Shown: piece after piece, positions 47,740 to 56,939 of the stretch | How positions within the stretch are numbered: the first letter of the stretch is position 1 | Layout: each line of letters begins with the position of its first letter | Assembly: GCA_009699875.1 (NCBI GenBank) | Contig: WLNI01000003.1 | Coordinates: 8,814-72,813 of the forward strand | DNA from: Actinomycetota bacterium | GTDB taxonomy: Bacteria; Actinomycetota; Acidimicrobiia; Acidimicrobiales; RAAP-2 | Length of the DNA stretch: 64,000 nucleotides | Reading direction: 5' to 3' | Translations under genes and position numbers: made by a program | Notes under the pieces: generated by a model | The model's input: the letters and a program-made list of their open reading frames with translations, nothing else | The model's database searches: none | Told to the model about the DNA's origin: nothing

Positions 47740-48701
47740 CGAAGACCAAGGAACGCCGATTCAATCCCGATCGTGACGTAAACCCATGGAAAGGTGGGTA
47801 TCGCCCTTACGACATCGCCAAAGAGATCGTGATCTGTTTTGTCGTGATGTTGGTGCTTGTCGTTGGTTTAGCCATCGTCTTTGGTTCGCCAGATGACAAG
47901 GCAGTCACAATCCAGACATGGTCGAATGCCAATCAAGTTGATTTTGCACAAACTGCGATTACTGAGTTGGATGGAACAAGTGCCACCGCACAATATGGAC
48001 CTCCTTACAACAACGTTGCGGACGTCAGCCAGAAGATCGGGCCGTTTTCGCCCGAAGCGTTGGTTGGCGTTCACATCCCGGTGAACACCGCACAAGATTT
48101 TGTGATTGGACCCTTAGAGACCGTGACAAACTCGCCGGTCTTGACGATGGCACTGAATCAGTTCAATGCAGCATCTCCATCGCAGCAAGCCAATTGGGAG
48201 TCGGCGTATGCGACTGCGGTTCAAAAGGCAAAGGTCTTCCATAACGTTCTTGTGGTTCCGCTTGCACGTTATGGCCCGGTTGGCATCATGATTCGACAGT
48301 TGACAGATATGGCTCGCTCTGGGGCACTTGATACTTCAATGATCAATCAAGACCATTTCTACGGAACCGACTACACAAAGTCACTCCTCTACGTGGCTGA
48401 CGGAACCTACTTCTCTGATCAAGGGACAGCCCTTCATCTCTCGGGAGGCCAGTGGGGGATGATGAATGAAACCGGGAACTTCCCGGGCCAAGCATGGCTT
48501 TGGCTCTATAGCTTCTGGTATCAGATTCCGCCGTTTACGACCGCATGGGAACCGAATGCTGACATCTTGGTGTCGGTACTCATGATGATCTTGAGTGTTC
48601 TTTTGATCCTCGTTCCGTTCGTCCCGGGAGTCCGATCAATCCCACGATGGAGTCGGGTGTACCGATTGATCTGGCGAGATCACTACAAGGGGCGCGAGTA
48701 A
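47736..48701 (+). CDS. Membrane protein of unknown function (N-terminal TM, ~220-aa extracytoplasmic domain, C-terminal TM helices)
   Basis: ATGA overlap with the cytochrome b stop. TM segments are EIVICFVVMLVLVVGLAIVFG and ILVSVLMMILSVLLILVPFVPG. There is no CxxCH, no Rieske motif and no PEWY. Confidence 0.6.
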   Translation: MTKTKERRFNPDRDVNPWKGGYRPYDIAKEIVICFVVMLVLVVGLAIVFGSPDDKAVTIQTWSNANQVDFAQTAITELDGTSATAQYGPPYNNVADVSQKIGPFSPEALVGVHIPVNTAQDFVIGPLETVTNSPVLTMALNQFNAASPSQQANWESAYATAVQKAKVFHNVLVVPLARYGPVGIMIRQLTDMARSGALDTSMINQDHFYGTDYTKSLLYVADGTYFSDQGTALHLSGGQWGMMNETGNFPGQAWLWLYSFWYQIPPFTTAWEPNADILVSVLMMILSVLLILVPFVPGVRSIPRWSRVYRLIWRDHYKGRE

Positions 48702-49573
48702 GGATCCACGGCCTTTCGGACATGGTCAATGAACGCCGTCGCCGCAGGCGAGAGTGTTCCTGGACGATGGATGATGAGGAGATCTCGCCGAAGTGCAGGT
48801 GACGGTGTGGCAACAACTGCTCCTCGGGCATGAGCTACTTGCGCGACGTGGTCTGGAACAAGTGCCGCACCTGCTCCAGAGAGAACCAACGGGATCACAG
48901 CATCTCGCGCACTCACTTCGACTGCAATCTGTGCTCTGAGTTCTAGATCGGAGAGCGCAGCGTCCAAGATCGTCCGCAGTGATGCTCCTAAGGGGAAGGC
49001 CACGACATCTCGCCCAGCGAGGCCTTTGAGGGGAAACGGTTCTGGAACTGAACTTCCTGGAGGAAAAATAAGTCGCAAAGACTGTTCCCCAACGTCAATC
49101 CCCCGAACGTCATCGGGTAAGCCCGTCGAACTCGAAATGCCGACTTCAACCCGACCGCTTCGTATCGATGCAATAACTTCTTCTGGGTCGTTTGCATTTT
49201 GCATCTCGACGGCGACACGTGGATGAGCCATGCGGAATGTTCCTACCGAAAGGGCAACTGGATCTGAAGCAAGCGATGGCAAACAGCTGATCTTGAGTCG
49301 TCCTCCGTGAAGGCCCATGATGTCTCGAACAGCGTTATGGCCAGATTCGAACTCACTGAGTGCTCGGCGAGCGTGATCAGCGAATGCCGATCCTGCCTGG
49401 GTGACAACCACGCCACGGCCCTTGCGCTCAAGAAGGGGAGCGCCAAGTTCACGCTCAAGCTCTTTGACGGCGAGAGAGAGGGCTGGTTGAGAGAGGTGGA
49501 GGACTCGTGCGGCAGCAGAAAAGGAGCCTTCGTCAACAACTGCAAGGAAATAACTGGCCTTTCGAGAGTCCAT
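48683..49573 (-). CDS. LysR-family transcriptional regulator
   Basis: The N-terminal HTH reads YFLAVVDEGSFSAAARVLHLSQPALSLAVKELERELG. 296 aa. Divergent from an MFS operon. Confidence 0.9.
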   Translation of the reverse strand: MDSRKASYFLAVVDEGSFSAAARVLHLSQPALSLAVKELERELGAPLLERKGRGVVVTQAGSAFADHARRALSEFESGHNAVRDIMGLHGGRLKISCLPSLASDPVALSVGTFRMAHPRVAVEMQNANDPEEVIASIRSGRVEVGISSSTGLPDDVRGIDVGEQSLRLIFPPGSSVPEPFPLKGLAGRDVVAFPLGASLRTILDAALSDLELRAQIAVEVSARDAVIPLVLSGAGAALVPDHVAQVAHARGAVVATPSPALRRDLLIIHRPGTLSPAATAFIDHVRKAVDPYSRPL

Positions 49574-49619
49574 AAGAATATATTATACTATATCTTCTAA
49601 ATTGTTATTGGACTTCTAG
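49574..49619. promoter_or_regulatory. AT-rich divergent LysR/MFS control region
   Basis: The 46-nt gap reads AAGAATATATTATACTATATCTTCTAAATTGTTATTGGACTTCTAG. It is far more AT-rich than the flanks and contains ATA..TAT dyad-like elements compatible with an LTTR T-N11-A box. Confidence 0.4.
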
Positions 49620-51119
49620 GTGCCGAGGGCACAGGATAAAGAGATGGTTATCTCCGATGAGGGACTCCCGCCTCGTAACCGATATCGAATCCTGAACGAG
49701 CGGCGCCGCCCTCACCGAGTCCGAAATTGGAAATACGCTCCCTGGCTCGCGGTCATGGCCGTCTGTTTTGGGGCGCTGATGAGCCAAGTTGACTCGTCGA
49801 TTGTGACGCTGGCGTACCCAACGCTGCAGCGACACTTCCACGTCTCTGTCGGGGCAGTGACTTGGGTGGGCTTGGCTTACATGCTGACCTTGGTGTCGAC
49901 GTTGATCATGTTTGGTCGACTCTCCGACATGCTTGGACGCAAACTTATTTTCGTCTACGGATTTGTCATCTTTATGGCGGGTTCGATTCTCTGCGGGTTC
50001 GCTCCGTCCCTTGACATCTTGATTGCCAGTCGGGTGATTGAAGCGATAGGTGGCGCAATGATTCAAGCCAACAGTGTCGCCATTGCAGTGCTCTCGGTAC
50101 CACTCGCATCTCGAACGAAGGCCCTCGGATTTCAAGCTGGTGCCCAAGCGATGGGTTTGGCGCTTGGCCCGACGATCGGTGGGCTCATGTTAGGCGTGGT
50201 GTCTTGGCGTTGGCTCTTCTTGGTGAATATCCCACTTGGGCTTATCGCACTCCCCGCTGCAATCCTCTTCGTCCCTCGTAGTCGATTCTTGGCGCCGAGA
50301 GAACGTCTTGACGGCGTTGGAGTGGCGTATATCTTCGTCTCGGTGTCGCTGATTCTCAGTGGCTTGACACTCGGTCGGACGCTGGGATGGAAATCGCCGC
50401 TTCTCTTCGTCGTGATCGGCGTCGGCCTCGCTACATTGTTACTTTTCTTTGCTCATGAGCGTCGGACAACGACGCCACTCGTGAGAACAGAACTCTTGAA
50501 GAGCCTGACGATTCAGCGTGGGCTCGCTGGTGCATTCTTGAGTTATGCAGTGCTCTTCGCACTTCTCTTCTTGGTCCCTTTCGAAGTAGAGCGCGGATTT
50601 CACCAAGGCCCTGCACAAGCTGGCCTGATTCTGCTGTCGCTGCCGTTGTGTATTGGGTTGACGTCACCATTTGCGTCGAAAGTTGGGCTGTGGCTCGGGG
50701 CCGCCCGCTCCATTGTGGGAGCAGGTGTGGTGGGGGGGTGCGGAATCGTCATCGTGGCACTTTCCTCGGCTAATAGTCTCCAACTTGTCGTCGGCCTCGG
50801 GGTTGTTGGGGTAGGTATTGGACTGTTTAATACTCTGAATAACGCCAGCGTGATGGGGGCGATTCCAACCGAGCAGACTGCGGTGGGCTCTGGAATGCTC
50901 AATATGGTTCGCGGTCTCGGTACCGCAGTAGGGCTTGCCGCAGGAGGAGCGATCTTTGTTGCGCTTGGTGGCGCCAGTGAGACCTCCTCGCAGGTAATGA
51001 GTGCGTTTTCATGGACCTGCGTCGCTCTTGTCGCCCTCAGTACGTTTGCTGGTCTGCTGGGGGCGTCTGGCGTTCGGCGTCACACGCCCTACGAGTTGGA
51101 AGGCAGACTGGGCGCATGA
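49620..51119 (+). CDS. MFS transporter, DHA2 family
   Basis: SQVDSSIVTLAYPTL and motif A GRLSDMLGRKL are present. 499 aa. ATG 49644 is an alternative start. The stop overlaps the next gene (ATGA). Confidence 0.85.
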   Translation: MPRAQDKEMVISDEGLPPRNRYRILNERRRPHRVRNWKYAPWLAVMAVCFGALMSQVDSSIVTLAYPTLQRHFHVSVGAVTWVGLAYMLTLVSTLIMFGRLSDMLGRKLIFVYGFVIFMAGSILCGFAPSLDILIASRVIEAIGGAMIQANSVAIAVLSVPLASRTKALGFQAGAQAMGLALGPTIGGLMLGVVSWRWLFLVNIPLGLIALPAAILFVPRSRFLAPRERLDGVGVAYIFVSVSLILSGLTLGRTLGWKSPLLFVVIGVGLATLLLFFAHERRTTTPLVRTELLKSLTIQRGLAGAFLSYAVLFALLFLVPFEVERGFHQGPAQAGLILLSLPLCIGLTSPFASKVGLWLGAARSIVGAGVVGGCGIVIVALSSANSLQLVVGLGVVGVGIGLFNTLNNASVMGAIPTEQTAVGSGMLNMVRGLGTAVGLAAGGAIFVALGGASETSSQVMSAFSWTCVALVALSTFAGLLGASGVRRHTPYELEGRLGA

Positions 51120-52228
51120 GCGAAACATCTGTCCTCATCGTTGGAGGTGGAATCCTTGGAACGATGCATGCGTTAAGCGCAGTTGATCGAGGATACAAGG
51201 TCACACAGATAGAACGAGAGGTGCAGGCTCGGGGAGCATCGCTTCGGAATTTTGGATTGGTCTGGGTGAGTGGACGTGCCAAAGGGCGTGAACTTGAGAT
51301 GGCGCTGCGAGCTCGAGAGCGCTGGGAAGCGGTTGGGAAACGCTGCCCAGCGATCGGTTTTCGGCCCAATGGATCGTTTACTCTCGCACGAACAGCGCAA
51401 GAGCGGGCGGTGCTTGAAGAAGCGGCGAATGGACCTGATGCTCCGACGCGTGGGTTCACGTTGTGTGAACCAGATGAGGTCCGTCGAAGGAATCCAGCAC
51501 TTCAAGGAACGTTTGTAGCGGGTCTGTTTTGCGAAAGAGATGCTGGCGTGGAGCCCCGTTTGGCGACACAAGCAATTCAGGCATACCTCACAGAAAGCGG
51601 GAACTATTCATTTCTTCCCGGTCGAGAGATCCGAGAGGTCAGCGCGACGAGAGCCATCGATCATCTTGGGAATCAGTATCGAGCAGAACTCATTGTGGTG
51701 ACAACCGGCGCTGCCCATGTTGGATTAGGTGCAGAGGTACTCGGGAGCTCTCGACTGCGACGAGTACGACTCCAAATGTTTGAGACTGAACCATTTGAGC
51801 AACAGCTCACCACATCGCTTGCCGACGGTGACTCGCTTCGCTACTACCCAGGCTTTGATCTCCCCACTCGAGCGGGCCTCCAGGCTCAGCACCCCCAAGC
51901 TCAACGAGACCATATGCAACTCCTCTGCCAACAGCGACTCAATGGTTCGCTCACCATTGGAGATACGCACGCCTATGACGAGCCGTTTGACTTTGACCTT
52001 GATGAGCGGCCGAGTGACTATCTTGTCGACGTTCTTTCTTCTCTCCTTGGGACCAAGATCCCACCAATCGCTCGACGCTGGGCAGGGGTCTACAGCCAGA
52101 TCGAATTTGATCCCGAAGGACCTGTGTACTTCCGAGAATCGGTTGATGATGGAGTGGTGTTTGTGAGTGGTCCCGGCGGCCGAGGGATGACGCTCGCCCC
52201 AGAAATTGCAGAGGAGACGTTTGCGTGA
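51116..52228 (+). CDS. FAD-dependent oxidoreductase (DAO family; aminophosphonate-oxidase-like, TIGR03364-type by recollection)
   Basis: The N-terminal dinucleotide fold is VLIVGGGILGTMHA. 370 aa. It is coupled on both sides by 4-nt overlaps to the MFS gene and a phosphonatase-like HAD gene. Confidence 0.75.
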   Translation: MSETSVLIVGGGILGTMHALSAVDRGYKVTQIEREVQARGASLRNFGLVWVSGRAKGRELEMALRARERWEAVGKRCPAIGFRPNGSFTLARTAQERAVLEEAANGPDAPTRGFTLCEPDEVRRRNPALQGTFVAGLFCERDAGVEPRLATQAIQAYLTESGNYSFLPGREIREVSATRAIDHLGNQYRAELIVVTTGAAHVGLGAEVLGSSRLRRVRLQMFETEPFEQQLTTSLADGDSLRYYPGFDLPTRAGLQAQHPQAQRDHMQLLCQQRLNGSLTIGDTHAYDEPFDFDLDERPSDYLVDVLSSLLGTKIPPIARRWAGVYSQIEFDPEGPVYFRESVDDGVVFVSGPGGRGMTLAPEIAEETFA

Positions 52229-52893
52229 AAGCTAAAGCACTGATTGCCGACATGGCAGGGACGACCATTGAAGACAATGGGCTGGTGGTCCAAGCATTCG
52301 CGATGGCGCTCGATCAGCTTGGGATTGAGAACAATCATCCCAAACGCCAAGCGTCAATCGATTTCATCATCGAAACGATGGGGCAGTCTAAAATTGAAGT
52401 TTTTACTGAACTCTTTGGAGCTGAAGAAGCACACGTTGCCAATGACGCGTTCGAAACGTCCTATCTCGAATGTATTGAACGCCAGGGAGTCGAAGCAATT
52501 CCTGGCGTTGAGGAACTCTTTGGGGCTCTTGAGGAGAAGGGAATCGCTCTTGCTCTCACCACAGGATTCTCTCCCCAAACTCGGGACGCACTTCTGGAAG
52601 CCTTGGGGTGGTCGAACCGAATCACCTTCGCTCTCAGTCCAAGCGATGCGGGGCGAGGGAGACCTCACCCCGACATGATTTTGAAAGCTTCGGAACTGTT
52701 GGGGATTAGCGAGATGAGCAGCGTTGCGGTAGCGGGAGATACGGCGAGTGACATGCAGGCCGGGGTGAATGCGAAGGCTGGATGGATCGTTGGGGTTTTA
52801 ACGGGAACTGACGATGAACCTCGCCTGCGTGAGGCTGGAGCGAGCCATATTGTTGATTCAATCGCGTCGATTGAATCAGTGATTGCACGTTAG
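52225..52893 (+). CDS. Phosphonatase-like HAD hydrolase (PhnX-like)
   Basis: Motif I is the phosphonatase-specific D-x-A-G-T (IADMAGTTIED) rather than DxDxT. Arg replaces the usual Lys (GRGRPHPD). The cap has a Lys (MGQSKIE) and motif IV is GDTASDMQAG. Confidence 0.8.
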   Translation: MKAKALIADMAGTTIEDNGLVVQAFAMALDQLGIENNHPKRQASIDFIIETMGQSKIEVFTELFGAEEAHVANDAFETSYLECIERQGVEAIPGVEELFGALEEKGIALALTTGFSPQTRDALLEALGWSNRITFALSPSDAGRGRPHPDMILKASELLGISEMSSVAVAGDTASDMQAGVNAKAGWIVGVLTGTDDEPRLREAGASHIVDSIASIESVIAR

Positions 52894-53333
52894 TTACTGC
52901 AGCGCTCACACGTGCCGAGCACGGCGAAGTGATGAGGATCTACAACAAAACCGTGGGACTGTTTCGCTCCCTTGACGAGTTGTTCGAAGAGTTCAGGGGC
53001 GGCTTCGGTCATATCGCCACACTGTTGGCAGACAAGGTGACCATGTGCGCCAGCTCGAAGGTGATACGTCGCGGGTCCTTTCCCAGCATGATTGTGCTCG
53101 ACAACACCAACACGTTCGAACTCTTCAAGAATTCGATAGACGGTTGAACTCGCAACTTCGGGGCTGGTCTTTTGAACAAGAACCGTTAACTCTTCAACGC
53201 TTTGGTGCCCAGGGTGTGTGGCGAGGAGTTCTAGGAGTAATCGCTTCGTGGGAGTCGCCCTTCCTCCGCCAGCTCGGATTGCGTCAATACTCTCGGCGAT
53301 AACCTCAGTGGCAGTGATCGGCAGACTTCCCAT
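52890..53333 (-). CDS. Fur-family metalloregulator (Fur/Zur/PerR-like)
   Basis: Winged-helix region RLLLELLATHPGHQSVEEL..STVYRILEEFE, His-rich HNH/HGH sites, and structural CQQC...CERC pairs. Confidence 0.85.
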   Translation of the reverse strand: MGSLPITATEVIAESIDAIRAGGGRATPTKRLLLELLATHPGHQSVEELTVLVQKTSPEVASSTVYRILEEFERVGVVEHNHAGKGPATYHLRAGAHGHLVCQQCGDMTEAAPELFEQLVKGAKQSHGFVVDPHHFAVLGTCERCSN

Positions 53334-53354
53334 TTCTCTAGGCTAGGCGTGGCG

Positions 53355-53364
53355 AGCGATCGCT
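53355..53364. promoter_or_regulatory. Perfect 10-bp palindrome AGCGATCGCT in the Fur-like/msrA divergent region
   Basis: I read it directly. It lies 22 nt from the Fur-like ATG and 48 nt from the msrA ATG. The operator role is an inference only. Confidence 0.3.
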
Positions 53365-53411
53365 GAAGAGCATTCTGCCAATAGGCTGAGAGCCGAGAAA
53401 AGGAGTCAGTC

Positions 53412-54062
53412 ATGAGATTCGGTCTATCCCCTGAGATGGTGAGCTCTGAAAACGCCCTTGTCGGAAGAGAAACGCAGGTTTCTGTTCCCTCAACGCATGA
53501 AGCACTAGGAAATCGATTGGAAGGCCCCTTCCCTGAAGGACTTGACGTTGCGTACGTGGCGATGGGTTGTTTCTGGGGGGCCGAGCGACTCTTCTTCCAA
53601 ACACCTGGCGTGTTTACAACCGCAGTTGGCTACCAAGGTGGGTTCACGCCGAATCCAAGTTATGAAGAAGTCTGCTCAGGACGGACTGGACATGCGGAAG
53701 CCGTCATGGTGGTCTTCGACCCAAGCGTGCTGAGTTACGCAGGACTCTTGTCAATCTTCTTTGAAGGCCACGACCCAACACAGGGGTACGCCCAAGGAAA
53801 TGATGTTGGCACGCAGTACCGGTCGGCAATCTATGCCACTTCGCCAGAACAACTCTCAATGGCGCATGAAGCGGCCGCAGCGTACAACGAGCAACTTGCC
53901 CTCCAAGGCATGGGTCCGGTGACCACAGAGATTGCACTTGCGGGACCGTTTTACTACGCCGAGGATTATCACCAGCAGTACCTTGTCAAAGTTCCCAACG
54001 GTTACTGCGGCCTAGGCGGCACGGGAGTGAGTTGTCCGGTAGGGCTTTTCGAAAAGAGTTAA
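53412..54062 (+). CDS. msrA: Peptide methionine (S)-S-oxide reductase
   Basis: SD AAAGGAG. The active-site GCFWG context ([12 protein letters not shown]) and GHAEAV and YHQQYL motifs are present. Confidence 0.9.
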   Translation: MRFGLSPEMVSSENALVGRETQVSVPSTHEALGNRLEGPFPEGLDVAYVAMGCFWGAERLFFQTPGVFTTAVGYQGGFTPNPSYEEVCSGRTGHAEAVMVVFDPSVLSYAGLLSIFFEGHDPTQGYAQGNDVGTQYRSAIYATSPEQLSMAHEAAAAYNEQLALQGMGPVTTEIALAGPFYYAEDYHQQYLVKVPNGYCGLGGTGVSCPVGLFEKS

Positions 54063-54673
54063 AAGCGATGACGCCAATTTGGATCGAATGCCTCTCGTTC
54101 GATTGAGTAGTGGCGCTCTCGTCCAGATTCGCCCGGTGAGCGTTCTCCTTCTGGACTCTCTGTTGTTTCTCGATAGAGAAACCCTGCACGAATTGCGACC
54201 CGAGCACTTGCTTCGTTCGTCTCATCACAATAAATACTGACGGTCTCGATCTCCTCGTGAGTGAAGGCCTCTTCCACCAAGAGACACGTTGTCTCGGTGG
54301 CATACCCCCGGCCAAGATGTCGAGCATCTATCCAGTAGCCAACCTCAATAGACGTCGGGACTGGACGCCTCCGGTGAAGGCCAGTCGATCCGATGAGTTG
54401 TCCATTGAGAAAACTCCCCATCACCACTCCACGTCCCTCATCGGCATCTCTGTTCCACTCATCGACAAGGTTTTTTCGATCTTCAAGAGTCAACGGCTCG
54501 TGTGCGATCCAGCGCATGTGGGGACGCAGGTGCTCGATGTTGGAACTGATTGCGTCGTGGACCAGTGGGAGATGTTCGTCGCTGTAGCGAGCCAGGATCA
54601 ACCGAGGCCCTACCAGTGGTCGATCGATTGGGCTTCGAAGTGGAGGAGGGAGGTCGCGCAATGACTCGCTCAT
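54059..54673 (-). CDS. GNAT-family N-acetyltransferase (RimJ/RimL-like)
   Basis: 204 aa. The acetyl-CoA-binding-like segment [14 protein letters not shown] is present. Overlaps the upstream NMO gene by 4 nt. Confidence 0.7.
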   Translation of the reverse strand: MSESLRDLPPPLRSPIDRPLVGPRLILARYSDEHLPLVHDAISSNIEHLRPHMRWIAHEPLTLEDRKNLVDEWNRDADEGRGVVMGSFLNGQLIGSTGLHRRRPVPTSIEVGYWIDARHLGRGYATETTCLLVEEAFTHEEIETVSIYCDETNEASARVAIRAGFLYRETTESPEGERSPGESGRERHYSIEREAFDPNWRHRF

Positions 54674-55638
54674 GACAAGAACGAGGGGATTCGAGCGAGG
54701 TCTTGTTCGGCCTCGGCCACGAATCGAGCAACGATTTCAGCGGCGGGAACGAGTTCATCAATTGCCCCGACTGCTTGCCCAGCAGGATATCCCTCAAGCT
54801 CTGGATCTACCCCTTTCGACGTTTCGTCACCGCCCAAGTGGAACGTGTGATTGGAATAAGACTTTCCAAGTTGAGCTGGAAATGGCTGGAGCTCTTCTGG
54901 GTGCTGCTCGTAGAACTCAGTGGTCTTATTTTTGAGAACTCGCATTGTCTTGCCCGAGAAGGCTCGGCTCACAATGGTTCCGTCTTCCTTGGCCGCCAAG
55001 ATCCCCTCTTTAAACCCGACGACAGATCGAGCTTCAGGGGTTGCGATAAATCGCGTGCCAACCCAGATCCCATCTGCACCGAGCATCAGCGCGGCCGCTA
55101 AGCCACGACCGTCAAAGATTCCTCCTGCAGCGACGACGGGGACGCTTCCGTCCACCACGTCGACGATCATCGGGACCAGTGGGAGGGTGGCGACTTGTCC
55201 AGTATGGCCACCCGCTTCGGTTCCTTGTGCGACGACGAAGTCACATCCCGCATCAACGGCTCGCCGAGCATGGTCAACCTTTCCGCACATGCTTGCCACG
55301 AGGACGCCCGCCGAATGACACGTCTCGACCACATTGGCAGGAATGCCGAGTCCAGCCACGAAGACGCTTGCTCCACCTTCGATCAAGAGCTCGACTGATC
55401 GCTCCAGACTGTCGGGCATCGCCGTCAAGAGATCAACCCCAAATGGTTTCTTGGTTGCCGAGGCCACGAGGCTGATCTCATCGACCATTTGCTCTTGATT
55501 CATAGCTGAAGCGCCCAGGCAGCCAAAGCCACCCGCTTGTGAGACTGCCGCGGTCAGTGCGGAATAGGACACACCACCCATGCCAGCCAGCATGACGGGA
55601 TGTTCAATCTTTAAAAGTTCTGTGAGCCGAGTTTTCAT
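54670..55638 (-). CDS. Nitronate monooxygenase / FabK-like FMN oxidoreductase
   Basis: The N-terminus LLKIEHPVMLAGMGGVS, the AQGTEAGGH block and GADGIWVGTRF are NMO-family signatures. Confidence 0.85.
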   Translation of the reverse strand: MKTRLTELLKIEHPVMLAGMGGVSYSALTAAVSQAGGFGCLGASAMNQEQMVDEISLVASATKKPFGVDLLTAMPDSLERSVELLIEGGASVFVAGLGIPANVVETCHSAGVLVASMCGKVDHARRAVDAGCDFVVAQGTEAGGHTGQVATLPLVPMIVDVVDGSVPVVAAGGIFDGRGLAAALMLGADGIWVGTRFIATPEARSVVGFKEGILAAKEDGTIVSRAFSGKTMRVLKNKTTEFYEQHPEELQPFPAQLGKSYSNHTFHLGGDETSKGVDPELEGYPAGQAVGAIDELVPAAEIVARFVAEAEQDLARIPSFLS

Positions 55639-55674
55639 ACCGCTTCCTTCTTCCTTGGGATCGCTTCTTGGACG

Positions 55675-56907
55675 TTAGCCCTCCGGGGAGGGATTCTTTG
55701 ATCTTTTGGCCACGATCCAGAGCCCTATGCCAGCACAGAGAATCGACGCCATGAGGAGGGCGACCTTTGTCGCACTGAGCAGAGATGAAGAGCCAGCGAA
55801 GTCACGCGTGGCAAAGAGCAGGGGAACGGTAAATCCGATTCCACACAAAAGGGCGGCCCCGCTCATCTGGCGCCACGAGGTCCCCTTCGGGAGGGACCCG
55901 TAGCCGAACTTTATTGCGAGGGCCAAGCCACCAGTGATTCCGATGATCTTTCCAATACTTCGAGCCCCAACCAGGGCGCCGATGAGCCCCCAGTTGCCCT
56001 TCCATGGCTGAGACGTGAGGTCAACGCCACCAACGAGAATTGCGAAGATTGGCAGAACGACAAACGTGGAGAGCGGGGTGACGACTCGTTCCAGTCTGAG
56101 ACCGGGGGAGTGAGGGTCGTCTCCCGTGGGGACGCAGACGCCAACGATGACACCCGCCAGTGTTGGCTCAATTCCGAGGTGGGCAAAAGCCCACCACAGG
56201 CCGAGTGCCAAGAAGACGAAGGTCCAGAGTGAGAGTCGAAGACGACGAGCGACAAGTGTGAGCGCGATGATCACCACGCACAAGGCGATGTAGGCAACAA
56301 CTCCTAAAGACGTCAAGCGGTGACCGTGATGACTCGTCATCCCAAGAATGATGACGGCCGCGACGTCGTCAGCCACGGCCAAGGTTAAGAGGAAGACCCG
56401 CAACTCTCGCGAGACGCGTGAGCCAATGAGAGAGAGGGCGCCCAAGGTAAAGGCCACGTCAGTGGCCATGGGGATCCCCCATCCGCCCAACGCGGCTGAA
56501 TTTCCCTCAGCGGCGACGACGATGAGATAGGTCACTGCGGCCATTGCCATGCCGCCGAGAGCGGCGATGACGGGAGGTAATGCAGTGTCAGATTTCTGCA
56601 GCGCACCGACAGCTCGTTCACGACCGATTTCAAGTCCGATCGCCGCAAAAAATATCAGCATGGCCAGGTTCGTCACCAAGGTCGAGACGTCGTGGACCAT
56701 TGACGAAGGAATAGTAGGAATGGAAATTGAGAGCGAGACGACAGTGTCGTACGAATGAGAAAAGACGCTGGCCCAGACGACCCCAAGGACAAGTGCCGCC
56801 GTCAAGATGAGCCCACCAATGGTTTCTTGAGTAATCAGGGAGCCGAGGAATCCACCAAATGGTTCACCGAGCCACCTGCGAACAAGGGAAGACGGCGCGC
56901 TATTCAT
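55675..56907 (-). CDS. nhaA: Na+/H+ antiporter NhaA
   Basis: ETIGGLILTAAL near the N-terminus, EIGRE, and the catalytic twin Asp in LTLAVADDVAAVIIL. 410 aa polytopic. Confidence 0.9.
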   Translation of the reverse strand: MNSAPSSLVRRWLGEPFGGFLGSLITQETIGGLILTAALVLGVVWASVFSHSYDTVVSLSISIPTIPSSMVHDVSTLVTNLAMLIFFAAIGLEIGRERAVGALQKSDTALPPVIAALGGMAMAAVTYLIVVAAEGNSAALGGWGIPMATDVAFTLGALSLIGSRVSRELRVFLLTLAVADDVAAVIILGMTSHHGHRLTSLGVVAYIALCVVIIALTLVARRLRLSLWTFVFLALGLWWAFAHLGIEPTLAGVIVGVCVPTGDDPHSPGLRLERVVTPLSTFVVLPIFAILVGGVDLTSQPWKGNWGLIGALVGARSIGKIIGITGGLALAIKFGYGSLPKGTSWRQMSGAALLCGIGFTVPLLFATRDFAGSSSLLSATKVALLMASILCAGIGLWIVAKRSKNPSPEG

Positions 56908-56939
56908 GCCCTGTATTGTCCCTCAAATACGCAGGGACT

